This document shows positions 23,895 through 36,900 of a stretch of DNA of 64,000 nt, one piece after another. Under the pieces are notes generated by a model. That model searched no databases, had not been told where the DNA came from, and saw only the letters and a list, made by a program, of their open reading frames with translations. A program made the translations under genes and the position numbers. Source of the stretch: Paraphysomonas bandaiensis. Taxonomy: Eukaryota; Protista; Chrysophyceae. The stretch's first letter is position 1. The number at the start of each line of letters is the position of its first letter. The DNA lies in assembly GCA_965644295.1 (NCBI GenBank), contig CBFFRP010000423.1:326272-390271 (forward strand), written 5' to 3'.

Positions 23895-24840
23895 CTACGT
23901 ATCCTTTTTGAAGAACTGGTCATCTATATACTTCCACAGCACTGAAAACATGAGACCTTGCATGCCGTTGGCCATAATTTTGGTCTTGAGCCCTCTGCCC
24001 ATGAGTCCCATTATACCATCCTCTGCAATTACTCTCTTGAGAGCCTGAGGGTAAGTGATAGCTTCTTCGTTCGCCTGCTTGTATACTTTTATCACACGAA
24101 TTGAGTTACTACAGGTATCAGAGACAGCTGAGGAGCAGAATCCAATGAATGCACTTCGTCCAAGTGTTTTTAGCTTATCGTCATACTTGGGAAGTTTTTC
24201 ATTGAGGAAGTTATATGTGAAGAACCAGGGATAGTGACCTACGAATGTCGCCGAGGCCGATGCGAGCGAACCGTACCAGAACACTGAGGGCCCCTTTACC
24301 TTAACCTTCGCAAATAGATTCTTGAGTCCGTCTTTGCCGCCGACCTGCATGCTAGTCTTAAATGTGTCAACAGGCATCAAGAATATACGGAAAAGAGCGG
24401 CGGCAGTGGATGCGGCAACGGTCTTAACACCCACTGGTAGGTCCTTTGTCAGGTCCATGCTGTCCAACGCCGCAATTGTCCCGGCGTTGGCAGCAGTATC
24501 ACCAAACCGTGAAAGGGGCCCTTGAACTAGGGCTGGAACAATTCCTCTGTAGAATCTGGGAATTCCACCCTCTTTGTACAGTGCCTTGAAAGCATCAGTG
24601 GTAGATATACCATAACGATACTGATAATTTATGGTGGTGCGCATCCACATCAAGCTACATACATTAATTGCCATTGCGGCTGCACCTGGTATATATACTT
24701 ATATTAGTCTATGTAGTCGTAATGTCATATTAGAAACCTGCTAATCCACCCTCACCGGCTCTTCGAAGGGCTTTCTTAAGTACGGCTGAAGCATCCAATT
24801 GATCATCGGAACTAGCCACTAGCTTGCAAGTAGGCGCCAT
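23895..24840 (-). CDS. Mitochondrial carrier family protein (divergent MWMRTT..YQYRYG type)
   Basis: EGGIPRFYRG, MPVDTFKT and EDGIMGLMGRG repeats. Exon 1 is 24738-24840 and the intron is 24686-24737. Confidence 0.92.
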
Positions 24841-25327
24841 ATTAATTGATTTGTAGAGAAGATGTCTAACTCAAAGCGTATAAGGCAGACTTTCTGGAGG
24901 GATATATTCGACATTCCCCACCTTCAAAGTGTAGATAGATACACATCAAGATCAAGATCTCCACAGCACACATGGCTGCGGGTCGATCTGCTCCTCCTGA
25001 TGTCGAAAATAAAGGTGATGTAACCCGTATAACGTGCACAGTGTAATCCGTGTAGTGCGTTACATTCTGCTCGTCATATCGTAGTGGGTTGTGGAGATGG
25101 CTGGGAGGAATTTACATTTCCAGAAACTTTCACACTTGTGATAGGCTCTCTTCAATACACAATACTCCAGCGTGATTTTGTATTGTGTGCCGTAGATCCG
25201 ATTTGAATAAGTTGACGGAGAATCCATCCGATGGTCGCGTGCTGTTGCATTATACTGCGGCGATTTCACATAAGTATAGATCAATTGCTCTCAATGTGAA
25301 CAATTGCACAATTGTGCTGAGCGCATT

Positions 25328-25993
25328 ATGCCAAGAAAACCGAAAAATTCGAATTCCAAGAAAGCAAGCGAAAACCCTAAAAGACTTACTCATGAGACAA
25401 CTCCTGTGTTGGATTTTATTCAAGATGAGCCAGATATTAATGCTGAATATATTGAGAAAGAGCCCGATGTAATACGGTATGATGATTACAAAGATGATAT
25501 TGAGGTCGGAGTTGTGTATAACAATATCGACTCTCGGATGCTAGAGCTAAGTGATCATGAGGGCTTTATGCTAAAACGTGTTGCTGTTGGCCTTGCGGCA
25601 ATACTTAGTTGTCTTCTAGGTATTTTTCTTGTATTACTTGGGCGAGCTGAAACAGATGTTTTCCAAAGTCAACCTAAAATAATTGCATTAGAAGTTTTCG
25701 GTTACTTGCTGTGCATTCCATTCATTGTCTGGTTTGTATTTGCAGTATGTCCCTCAAAACAAGAGTATCTCCTTCGCCGGAGGATGCAGATTAAGCGTCG
25801 AAATAGGCTTCAGCCATATGAAACTAAACAAATTACACAAGTAGGTGAAACTGCTCAGCAACGCGAGGCTAGAATATTGGCCGAGAAGCGACAGGCATAT
25901 CTTGATGAGGAAGCAAGAATACAAAAGATGAAATCAAATAAAGCCAGAGGCATATCCAATGGTAGAGAAGTGGATAGATTTTTCGTGAATTAA
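25328..25993 (+). CDS. Uncharacterised two-TM membrane protein
   Basis: ORF with two hydrophobic segments and a charged helical C-terminus. Confidence 0.7.
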   Translation: MPRKPKNSNSKKASENPKRLTHETTPVLDFIQDEPDINAEYIEKEPDVIRYDDYKDDIEVGVVYNNIDSRMLELSDHEGFMLKRVAVGLAAILSCLLGIFLVLLGRAETDVFQSQPKIIALEVFGYLLCIPFIVWFVFAVCPSKQEYLLRRRMQIKRRNRLQPYETKQITQVGETAQQREARILAEKRQAYLDEEARIQKMKSNKARGISNGREVDRFFVN

Positions 25994-27089
25994 ATGAAAT
26001 ATTGCTTGTTGTGTCTGTTAATATTATGGATGTTAGAGCTGGCTATACGTTGGTGGCGTGAGTTGTACAACCTTACCTGTGTTGTACAATTGTGTTTTCT
26101 CTCAGCCAAGAGCAGTGTGTATTTTCTAATAATACTATGTGTGAGAGTATAGAATGTCGCTAGTTTGGCTTGCTCACTTATCACTTACAAATGTGAGGAT
26201 ATTGTGTATGACTTAATGGACGGATAACTGTCTTAGAGATATATGTCTATTGTCTATAAACCTGATGTTAACGTGGAGATTATTATCTGTCTATTTGACT
26301 ACTGTTTCACATACTTCCGCCACCTAAAGTTGCAGTTGTAGGCCTTAGTGATAGAACAATGTGTATATCGTACGAGCAATAGAATGCACTACACTACCTA
26401 TGATCCAGTAGATAATCAAATAGTGTAGAGAACCGTTGCGGAAATATATAGGTGAACAAAATTTGCAACCTCACTATGAATGTGGTTTGTTGGATTCTTC
26501 AAACAGCTGCAGAAGTGATATGCTCAATTAAGGGCACCTTTTACATCTGCCGCAAGCCTGCAACAATGCAATGAATAACAAATGAAATTGATTACCTATA
26601 TTAGTTAGCGATAGGATCGAAATCAGAATTTAAAATATCAAAACTACTATAGTAATATAAGGAAAAAGATAAGAGGCGATATTCTCAGGTGTTTGGTTAC
26701 TAGTTTCTCTCGTTCCGCTTGGCTAGATTCTGTTGTTGTGCACAACAACACAGCATCAACACGACGATATAGATAGTACGTAGCATCCAAGCGACCACAA
26801 ATTTCAATAACAACACTGAGGAGCTGGAATACGAACTAAATAATGGGGAGTAATAAACATGTATTTACATATCTAAAAGTATGCAGTGATGCAAAAGCAG
26901 CAGGTAGAAGATTGAATGGAATGCTCCAATCACACAACTGCATTGACGGAAGGCAGAAATACAGTATTTAACCAATCAATTAATCGAAAAAATGATACAA
27001 GAACTATGATTCGTAGATATTTCCTCACGGTAACAAATCAAATAGAAATATGTGTGCAGAAGTTGCTCCATACACCAACACCAGGATAG

Positions 27090-27250
27090 TCGTACGTATC
27101 GGCATCCTTTGTATATTTTTGTTCAAAGATGCCTCTAATACTGAGACAACAATTATATGTATTCTAGCCGTAGTTGTATTACAGTAATATGGAAGATTTA
27201 TGATTCAATTTGTTTCCGAAAAATAAGATGCTGACTGCCGATACGTACGA
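27090..27250. mobile_element. 161-bp miniature inverted-repeat element
   Basis: Perfect 15-bp TIR TCGTACGTATCGGCA / TGCCGATACGTACGA flanked by TAG on both sides. Confidence 0.65.
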
Positions 27251-27388
27251 TAGTATGACTGGAATACGGGGGAATCTTGCTATATTATGGTCATAGTTTA
27301 AGCGCACTTATAGAAGCACCAATAGTCTACTATACTACATACCGCTGATATACTAGGGGACGGCGTGACGAATATATCTGTGTGGGGA

Positions 27389-30380
27389 ATGAGTGAGAAT
27401 CCATCAGATTCAACAGATAGCACGAGGAAGAGTGATAAGAACACTGAAAATAGTGAAGCTAAAAATAAGCGGAGACAGTCTCGTTACTCCAGAAACAAAA
27501 ACCATAAATTGAAGACAGAGAAGAGAAATGACCCTCATAGTAGACAAAATCGTAAGAAATTAAACCCCAAAGCTGCAAGTTGGCAACCAAAAAATATAGA
27601 GACGAGTCCCTCTGTCGGCTATACTTGCATCATATGTGCGGACACGACAAAGTATGTTGCAGTGGGTCAATGTGATCACCTCGTTTGTTCAGTATGTGCA
27701 ATTCGGATGCGATTGAAGAATTCTGAAATGAATTGTGCAGTATGTAAGAGCCATTTAGAGCATATGGTTGTCTACGAACAGTCATGTGATGATGATCTTC
27801 GGCATTTTGCTTCCTTTGGCCTGATCTATGATGAACCTACTCCAGGGGTACAAGTGGAACATAGATCAAGAATGTTGTTCCATGACTGTCGTTCCCATTT
27901 TACTCAGATTCAGAATCTGATATCGTTGTCATGTCCAAAGTGCGGCGAGCGACACGGTACCGAAAAAGCTTTGTTCAAACATGTGTCCACAGTTCACCAC
28001 CTGCAGTTTTGTGAGTTATGTTTTGTGCATCGACCGCTCTTTCCCAAGGAGCAAAGGCTTATGACAGCAGCTGAGATTAAGGCTCACGTCTCTGCCCCAC
28101 CTGGTGCTTTGGTAGATAGTTCAGGGGACAAGACAGGCGGACATCCATTGTGCAGATTCTGTGGATCTCGACATTATGATGCCCAAGCATTGTATGTGCA
28201 CATGCGTGACCAACACTTAACTTGTCATCTGTGTCCAGCACGCCTTCAACAGCGTTTTTATAGAGGTTTACCAGAGCTTACTAAACATCTCAATATCTCT
28301 CACTATGTTTGCTCCATCTGCATGAATCCTCGCAGGCCAGTGGGTGACGTTGTCGCATTTTCTCGTCGTGCGGAGTATACGGAACACATGCGATGTTCGC
28401 ACGGGATAATCTCAGCGAGCTCCACAGGGGGGCGAGACGGAGCGCTCTCCGAGGCTCTAACAGCGGCGTTTTCGTCTTCCCGACCTCGTTCTGGAGGTGA
28501 ACAAGATGTTGAATACTTGGACCTAAATATGGCATCGGCAGACCCTTATTTACCACAGAATACACAGACTGGGGGGCAACTGGAGGAGAGGGTGGTGGAG
28601 AATGCGCATAGGTTTATAGAATCAGAGCGAAGCTTAGTCCGGGATGAAGGCCATAGAGGGAGAGGAGGTAGGACACATAGTGCTAGGAGAGAAACATCAT
28701 CTTCTACTCCATCGGCTGCACGTAGGACCACCCCCTCTACTTCCTCCTCTGACTTTCCTGCCCTATCCTCAAGCCAACCTTCGAACAGTTCTACCGGTAG
28801 CGCTGGAAACAGCACTACTTCCCCTCATCCACTGTCTCTAGTGCCCACTCTTGTTCACCGTGGCAGAGAAGCTAAAGAGAGACAGAAAACTGAAGAGGCC
28901 GCTAAGGCGAGGGAAAGGGAGCTTGCTGTTCGAAGAGGTCAGAGAAATCTGGTAAGTTGGATTATTGTGTATTATGAGTTATTCGCTACCACCATTCTCA
29001 TTACCTATGCATCTTTTAAAGCAGTGGTATAATGTGTCATTACTTGTGCAGGCTTTAGCAGCAGCACTTGGTTTAGATACAATGGCGCTTTCAGATGTTG
29101 TTCGGGTTTCAGGGGGCTCACACAACGAATTAGACGCCAGTGTGCTGCGTGTTCTTGCATCTCATCCCCTGTTCGCTTCCGTGTCAATGAAGGAGGTGGC
29201 GAAATCATCTGGGGGTGGAGGGGTTACACTAAGACGCCCACTCTTTCCTGTTGACTTGGTTGAATGGGGCCGAGAGCATAAGTCAGATCTTCTTAAGACA
29301 GAGAAACGTATATATGATATGATTGCTGACGCCCCTGTACAGAGCTGTCAGCTAAAGCCTATGAGAAGTTGGTCACGAAATTGTGTACAAATGTTGGCTA
29401 AGTATTACTATTTAAATGCCACCGAATTCAACCAGCATGAAAAGCGATATGTATCTTTGGTAAAAACAGCTGATAGTGCAATACCTGCCACCATTTTGTC
29501 TGCCGCTGCTTCAGGCCCTCCTTTGCAGCATCCAATTGAGTACAAAGTACTTGACAGTGTAGCCGAGAATGTCGCTGATGGGTTAGTGTTTCCTTTTGTG
29601 TATTTCTTAGTTACGACTGGAGGGGTAGGATCGACGCTTGGAGACTTCTTAAAGGACGTTAAGGTGTGTGTAGATGGGTCGTTCTTGTATATCACTGGGG
29701 CTGCTGGGGAGGATGATCGAATCATACATATTGAGTGTATTGGTTACGCTTTAGTAAAGGTGGCCCTGTCCTCATTAGCGGCAGCGAAGCGGCTGTTCCG
29801 ATGTGTCACGAATTCATCCGAGCTCGCCTCCAAATTTCTCATTCGGGCACATTTCTTGCAGGAGGACGATGAGGAAATCTCACAACAAGAAAATTATGGC
29901 AATTACGGACGAGTAGACGAAAATGTAGTAGGAGAGCTTCCACCACCACCTGGCATGACTTCAAACGCATTGACTCAGGACACCGTGATACCTAATCCTG
30001 CTGGAGAATGTAGTGAACAAGGAGAAGATGAATGGGATCAGTATCCGCCAGAGTATATGGAGCACATGGGAAGGGCTAGAGATAAATGGGATATTGCATT
30101 TCAGACAGCTGTTGGAGCTGTAGCTGATGCGGGTGTAAGACGGGTAAATATCAACCAGCGCACTGAAACAACTGACTCCACTTCATCTCCTCACGCGAGA
30201 CGTGGCGTGGTGACTGAAGGCAAGCCACTTCCGGCTTCCTTAGTTAAAAACACTTCTTCAGCACATGCAGAAATGAAGCACTCTCGTGTCTCATTCCAGA
30301 ATGCGGAGCAGAAAAGGCGTGAAGTGAATAAGTTTATAGCTTTAGGTTTTGATGACGATTCTTCTGGTGAAGATACCTAG
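27389..30380 (+). CDS. ZNF598: ZNF598/Hel2-like RING E3 ligase with PAM2, C2H2 fingers and an R3H-like domain
   Basis: RING CIIC..CDHLVCSVC..RMR..CAVCK. FCELC..HRPLF, GHPLCRFC, HLTCHLC and DFPAL motifs. PAM2-like LNPKAASWQP. Intron 28952-29051. Confidence 0.85.
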
Positions 30381-30799
30381 GTTTTGTTGCAGTTGTGGTT
30401 ACTACTAACCGCAATGAATTATGATCCACATATTCGTTATGTACCTGTTTTTACATTATCACATGTGTTAATTGGCAGGTCATATAGGTTTCGGGTGATA
30501 TCACGTAGTTCTTGAAAGAAAACTCGTAGTCTCGTAAGCCAGGTAGATACAGGCGGCTACTCAATTAAAAATAACGGGGTTGTTATACTACTTTTCTTTC
30601 TTGATATTTTGTCAAACTAATGTCAGTCAGAACTTCATTTTGAACACCTGGTAGATATCTGCTACAATGCTGTATTATACACGAATATTCTATACTATGT
30701 AAAATAAAAGGCTCATGTATAGTAACGTATGAATGTAGCTACAAAACAAGACTACAATCTATACCAATATGACTGTATAAAACTGAAATTCAAGAAACC

Positions 30800-31286
30800 C
30801 TAGTCGTAGTGAATGTCTTATTAGCAATAGGCGTTTAAGAGTCTATGATTAACTCTGATATCCTACTATTTAACGCTACGAAAGCTGCTTGCGTGTCACT
30901 GCAAGCACCAAGATGCAACCACTTTCGCTCTTCAGAGCAAGCAGAATATTGATATGCCTGACATCTTCTGACTTCAGGAATTTTGAGTTAATAAGAAGAT
31001 AAACAGCCCGGACGCTTGACTTCAGCAGGCAGCCCAATACCCCGCATGTCCTTTGAGGTGGGCCCATTCCCGGATGCCTGTTTATTCGTCAGGGCCCAAG
31101 GACGTTTACACAAGTGCCACTAAGTAGTGTCCCTTGTACCACACAAGCATTAGGCTATGAGTGGGCAGAAAATTATCGGCTGACTATAATTGCTGCTCAA
31201 GTTATATAGTTTCCCGGAGAAATATCTCAGGTACTTATTCCCCATAACACCATGAAACGGTGTGAGTCCGACTTTATTGAGAGGGG
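30800..31286 (-). mobile_element. Full-length SINE-like element (copy S2)
   Basis: Reverse complement aligns end to end with 42445-42931. Confidence 0.88.
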
Positions 31287-31569
31287 GTAGCAATATATCT
31301 CCAACGTCCAGATGAAATATACGGAGGGTGTATCAGTACATATTGTAGGTGCTTTATATGTCTCTGGCAGGTATAAACAAAACTCGTCAACTACAGCGTT
31401 CAAAGTAACATATGGTATAGAGAGATTATAAACAAATGTTAAATATCACAACAAATTCTCGGATTACATGAGCTAATTGTGTTTAGCCATATCTTGTTGT
31501 ATCTTGTGGTGTCATCCCCATTTTATAATTTTTCTTTTGAACTGTAGTAAGTTCAATATATAACCACCC

Positions 31570-31943
31570 CATAGCCTAATGCTTGTGTGGTACAAGGGAC
31601 ACTAATTAGTGGCACTTGTGTAAACGTCCTTGGGCCCTGACGAATAAACAGGCATCCGGGAATGGGCCCACCTCAAAGGACATGCGGGGTATTGGGCTGC
31701 CTGCTGAAGTCAAGCGTCCGGGCTGTTTATCTTATTAACTCAAAATTCCTGAAGTCAGAAGATGTCAGGTATATCAATATTCTGCTTGCTCGCTACGTTT
31801 GCTTTGAGTGATAGAGCGAAAGTGGTTGCATCTTGGTGCTTGCAGTGACACGCAAGCAGCTTTCGTAGCGTTAAATAGTAGGATATCAGAGTTAATCATA
31901 GACTCTTAAACGCCTATTGCTAATAATAAGACATTCACTACTA
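31570..31943 (+). mobile_element. 5'-truncated SINE-like element (copy S3)
   Basis: Near-identical inverted copy of 30800-31160; ends in cattcactacta. Confidence 0.88.
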
Positions 31944-32173
31944 TATGGTGCTATCGTGCTATCACCATCGCTAAAACTCAAGTTATGGGTAAGGGTAATG
32001 TGTATTCTCCCTCGTTTAGAATTTAGAATAGTACACTTATACGCACAATAAAACCTATACAACTACCCAAAAAAACTCGTACACCTCGAGTGAATATTCA
32101 AATTCTACTTTTGAGTTTAAGGTGGTTCTAGGAATAAAAGCTTTAAGGTTGAAGCTTTGGACTATCTAAGAGA

Positions 32174-33681
32174 AATTCTCTGCCCTACGATGGCAAATAC
32201 AGTCCAACATAAAGTTTCACTCTATTAACCAGCTCCAAGCCCAATGTCTCTATTGAGACTGTGGCTGAGTCACATCAGTGTGCCCAGGGCCTTTTACACT
32301 CCCTTACTGCTGCATTTTGTTGACCACCACGCTTCCGACAAATTACCTGTCACACCATGTTGTACACGCTCCAAGCCCCCCTGCCTGGCCTTGCAACCTT
32401 CACCCTACTCAACTACTTCAGTTAAACCACGTGCCTGCACCAATGCAGCGCTGACCGCACCTACGTGCTATCCCCTCAGCAGACAACTTCGTCTCACCCA
32501 TCGCTTTCTACGGCTACAACCTCTCAGAACATGGCTCGTGCGAGCAGGCTCACGAAAACGACCCCCATGGACCCCCTATGCAATCACTGAATACTCTCGA
32601 TCCCTCTCAACTGTGCAACAGGGCTGCCTTCTGCCGCCCACTCAGCCCAACCCAACATGGTTTGTCTGTGGTCCATCCACCCAGCAGGCTACCCCCTCAC
32701 CCTGTTCACCTATCACCCCCACAGCCCATCCATCTCATTGGATAGACACTGTATTCCGCATACGGTTTACTCGACTACTGTACTACTGTGTCCTACAGGA
32801 TGTATACCATTCCGTGTATACCTCTACTGCTGTTGGACACATCACCATGTCCATGTACCTGTATACCTGTACTGTTGGACACATCACCATGTCCATGTAC
32901 CTGTATACCGGTACTGTTGGACACATCACCAGCTCTCTCTCTCTGTCCAACACACTCATAACACCACTGCAGTGTCATACACACACACAGTACACTCTAC
33001 CTCCTCCTAGAAAACCCCCGGACAAACTATCGCCTCTCCCTTACTGGGCGTACTGGTCCACCCACCATTCCTCCTTCCTTCCACAAACTCAATTCCTTCC
33101 ATCTTATGATGTGTTTTGCTCCAACGATCACTTCTTCCTGGACACCAAATACCCGGTGGAGTTGGAACTACACGCGCTACTCGAGAGAATTCCTGACCTT
33201 GTCATCATGCGTCTCCAAAATGTGTTGCAATGTCATTCCAAGGGAATGCAAGGAGTCCACCGTGCCAGGTCTATCAACCATCCCTCCCACGCCCTTCAGG
33301 GGAAGGAATTCTCCTCCGATAACAGCGGTGACGGACCCAGCAAATCGGACCTAGGTGCACTCAGGACCCTAATTCAGAATGCTGAGCCCCCTCCAAAACC
33401 AATGGAGACCCATCCCAAAGGGAGACCCCCAGATCAAAAGCGCCGGTGAGTCCACGGACACACGATAAAGGCGAATTTCATATCACACAAAAAGAACGGA
33501 AGTGGTTGCACCTTGGTGCTTGCGGCGACGCACAAGCAGCTTTCGTAGCGTTAAATAGTAGGATAAAAGAGTTTGTATTGATTAGTTACGGGTAGTGGTC
33601 TAACTAGTATGACTAGCATTCTTCTAGCCACTAATTGATGCAAGGTCTCAACGCCTATTGCTAAATAATCAGACATTCACT
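32174..33681 (+). mobile_element. 5'-truncated, degenerate non-LTR retrotransposon (LINE)
   Basis: 13-bp TSD ACTATCTAAGAGA (32161-32173 and 33682-33694). C-rich decayed ORF ending GRPPDQKRR*. Family 3' module at 33495-33681. Confidence 0.8.
32815..32931 (+). repeat. 42-bp minisatellite (about 2.7 copies) inside the LINE remnant
   Basis: Unit ctgttggacacatcaccatgtccatgtacctgtatacc(t/g)gta. Confidence 0.9.
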
Positions 33682-33913
33682 ACTATCTAAGAGATATATA
33701 ATAGCTGAAATTTCATTCTAGCTTCATGAAATAGGCAGTTAACAGTTGACAGTAGTCATTTTCTATATAGTAACGCAAAATTTCAGTGACATGCATTTGT
33801 CCAGCAGGTAGCTGACACAATATCCTCTATTTCATTATTCTGTTGACTACAAATAATACACTATGAAAGTCAATACTGTAGAGAAAAGCATACAGAACTA
33901 CCACTGCAACATA

Positions 33914-36900
33914 TTACTTCCAAGTTGGGCGCCTTTCATTCGGAACACCTTTGAACGGCTGCGGAGGTGGGACAGGAACGTTTGATAGAGGTTTTAAGTT
34001 AGGGGTATGTGGCACAGTGGCGGGGGGTGCGGGAAAACTGGGTGGAGGACGAAAGAGTGGTGGTGGTGCTATATATGTGCTAGGAAAACGGTCGTGGCAT
34101 ACTTTTTGCGCTTTGAGTTCACCTCCTGGGCCGTAACTAACCGACGAGCTCATTGCCCGTTTCGTACCCGACAAATTAGTGGGCGGAGGACCAGGAGGAA
34201 GTGGAGGAACAGCCGGAGACGGAGGTGCTGAAAGACCAGGACAAACACCGGAAAATTTCGTGTCTGAGGGTATCATCAAGTCTACACCCACACATGACGT
34301 GACAGCAAGATTGATCATCCAATCAAGCAGCATGTGAGATATTTTAACACGGCGTGTTCTGACATGGGGACACAAGGACTTGAACCAGTGGGAAAAACTA
34401 CTATCCCCAAGAGGTATACACTGGGAGGGACTCTCAGTAGTTAAAGCAAGCGGGCTATGAGAGTTGGTCATGTTGGAGCTGTAAATACGCACCCCACGCT
34501 CAAGCAGAACAATAAGATGCCGTAGCGTCCCCAAAACTAGAGTATGAACCATATCAGATTCTAGCGGCTCTGAAGAATGAGAGGTAACTACATCCGTGAA
34601 CTTTTTGTAGGAAGAAAGATACGACCTCAAATAACGAGACATTATTTTTTTCGGATCACCATATGTATTAGCTCGAAGCAGCCGCGAAAGTAGTGAGAAC
34701 GTAATAGTTCCCGATTCAGCTAAGGTTAATACAACATATACGAAGGACCGAAGTCCACAGACTGCTGCCCCTAGAAGTTTACGGTGGCATAAACACTTAC
34801 ATATTACATCAGCTTGGACGTCTGATGTCTGTAAGCATAGGTTTTGAGCCTCCAGTAAAAGTTGGGAGGAGTTCTCAATATGCAACCATAGTTGTTGTGA
34901 GATAGTCATTAAGAGTTCGTCTCGCTTACTTGAAAGCTCGCTGACTATAGTGTCGTAGTAAATTGAAGGCAGCCTGACAGACATCGCAAATAACTGTCCG
35001 GCTACATAGGGGTTACTGGAGTACTGAATGAGAAGTCCTGGAACTAAAGAACTTACCACTTTGGCACCATAGGTTAAGATACTAGTCATCTCACTCGCGT
35101 GCATGTCACTAAAATCATTTCCACTACTATCAGATCTAGAGCAATACAATAAACAGTCCAAAATTTGCTCCGTACATTGCAGAGCTATAATTACAAGCCC
35201 CTCTGGCTGACTTTTTCCAAGAATCCCAACCATAACATCAACAACGCCACACACTATTAGCGCCAAAGTGATACGGCTAGAACCCATGGAGTCCCTAAGA
35301 AACACCAGAACTCGACAGAGAGTAATGTCACCACAATATTCCTCCCTGGAATTAGAAGTGCTCTCGCATTGCTCCAACAACGTACAACTTTTTATCAACG
35401 ACAACACACACTTGCTAAATGAAACAGTCACTTCCTTGCCAACGTCACAACATAAATGATAAAGCCTCAGGGCAATATCAAAGCATTTTCTAGATTGGGA
35501 TATAAGCAAACGCTTGATAAGAATATAAAAATCCGAAAAAGTATAATCTTGGCTTGATAACCAGACTTTAATCTCACCCCATTTTTCCTCCCTAGTTTTC
35601 CCCTCATACGTTTCACGCGATGACTCAAATACTGGTGTTACATCCACAAAATTGTGACTGTATAAGCCACAGTCTAATATCATCAATTTTTCACACATAC
35701 TACAAAAAAGAGTAGCACATGACCCTCGAGTAAATTGATCTACGAGTGCGAGTTGGGTAATATAGGGTAGGATGTCCTGAGCTGGACTTTCACACCACCC
35801 GATCAGACAATCGAATATACTCGAACACAGAGCCATACACATTTCAACATTATGAGAGATTCGACTCACTGGTGCCCCTCCTGAGGAAAGAAGGGTACTC
35901 AAGAGGGCGTGTGTACCGATACACATATCACTGATGGAGTGCATGGAGTAAGCCTTACATCCCCGTCGCATCAATGTCTCAATTTCCCACTTGACCTCTT
36001 TAAGAATTAGACAAAGTAGTTGCACACACGACGATATTATTACTAACTTGCCACCCACTTTACCATTGACACTGCCATTACTTATCTTCATTGGTTTCAG
36101 GTATTGCAACACACCACTATTGTGAGCACAAGAGACACAATCGTCGCGATATATTTCATAGGATAGTCCTCCGCATAGCCGAGCAACGGTTTCCAATAAT
36201 GCAGGTAGCATATTTACTTTGAGAGGCCAATATCCTCTCTCTTTACACAGCCCAGCATTCAGGATAGCTACAAAACTACTTGTAAGTGTGGAAACACTAA
36301 TTTCACCACGGATACAGCGAAGAGTGGATAAAACTTCTTCCTGGTGCTTGAGCTGAGACGTGAAGCTGTTATTCATTGAGGTTTTTAGATTTCCAGCATA
36401 TGGGCTACAAGGACTAAATTTCCTTAAGAATAACTGCATAAGTTCCACAGTATTACGTCTTATGAAGAAACTATTCGAGCACAAAAGACGACAAAAGAGC
36501 TTTGAAACGAAATCAACCTGCCATGACTCCGTGCTATCGACCTCTGCAATAAGCGCATTGACAACTTGCGTACTCGAGAATGCCAGAGCAACCCCAGCTA
36601 GATCTGCACCTGAATCCGATACCATTCTCCAAAGTGTGCACATGACTTCCGAACTATCATTAATACTGGTGCTGCTTCGCAACCTGTTAACCCAAGCAAC
36701 TGTTGCTCCCGCTGTTCCGATGCCCCATAATACTGTGATAACATCGCGGCATACATCGCTAAGTATAGATTCGCAATTGCATGTGCTTCCTCCTCCAGTT
36801 GCTACGTGATCAACGCTCACGATAGGCGGGAATTTTAACCAGGAAAAAAGCATCTGGAACACGATATCTACTGAGGCAAAGTCTTTTACAAATACATGGA

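Noticed and set aside
31860-31885. Pistol-ribozyme-like CGTTAAATAG in the 3' module
   Set aside because: No P1-loop pseudoknot partner or P2/P3 arrangement, and the motif varies among copies.
32815-32931. CRISPR-like array
   Set aside because: Contiguous tandem units without unique spacers, in a eukaryotic context.
32244-33449. 401-aa ORF as a host gene
   Set aside because: Lies inside a TSD-flanked LINE remnant; C-rich, low-complexity and mosaic.
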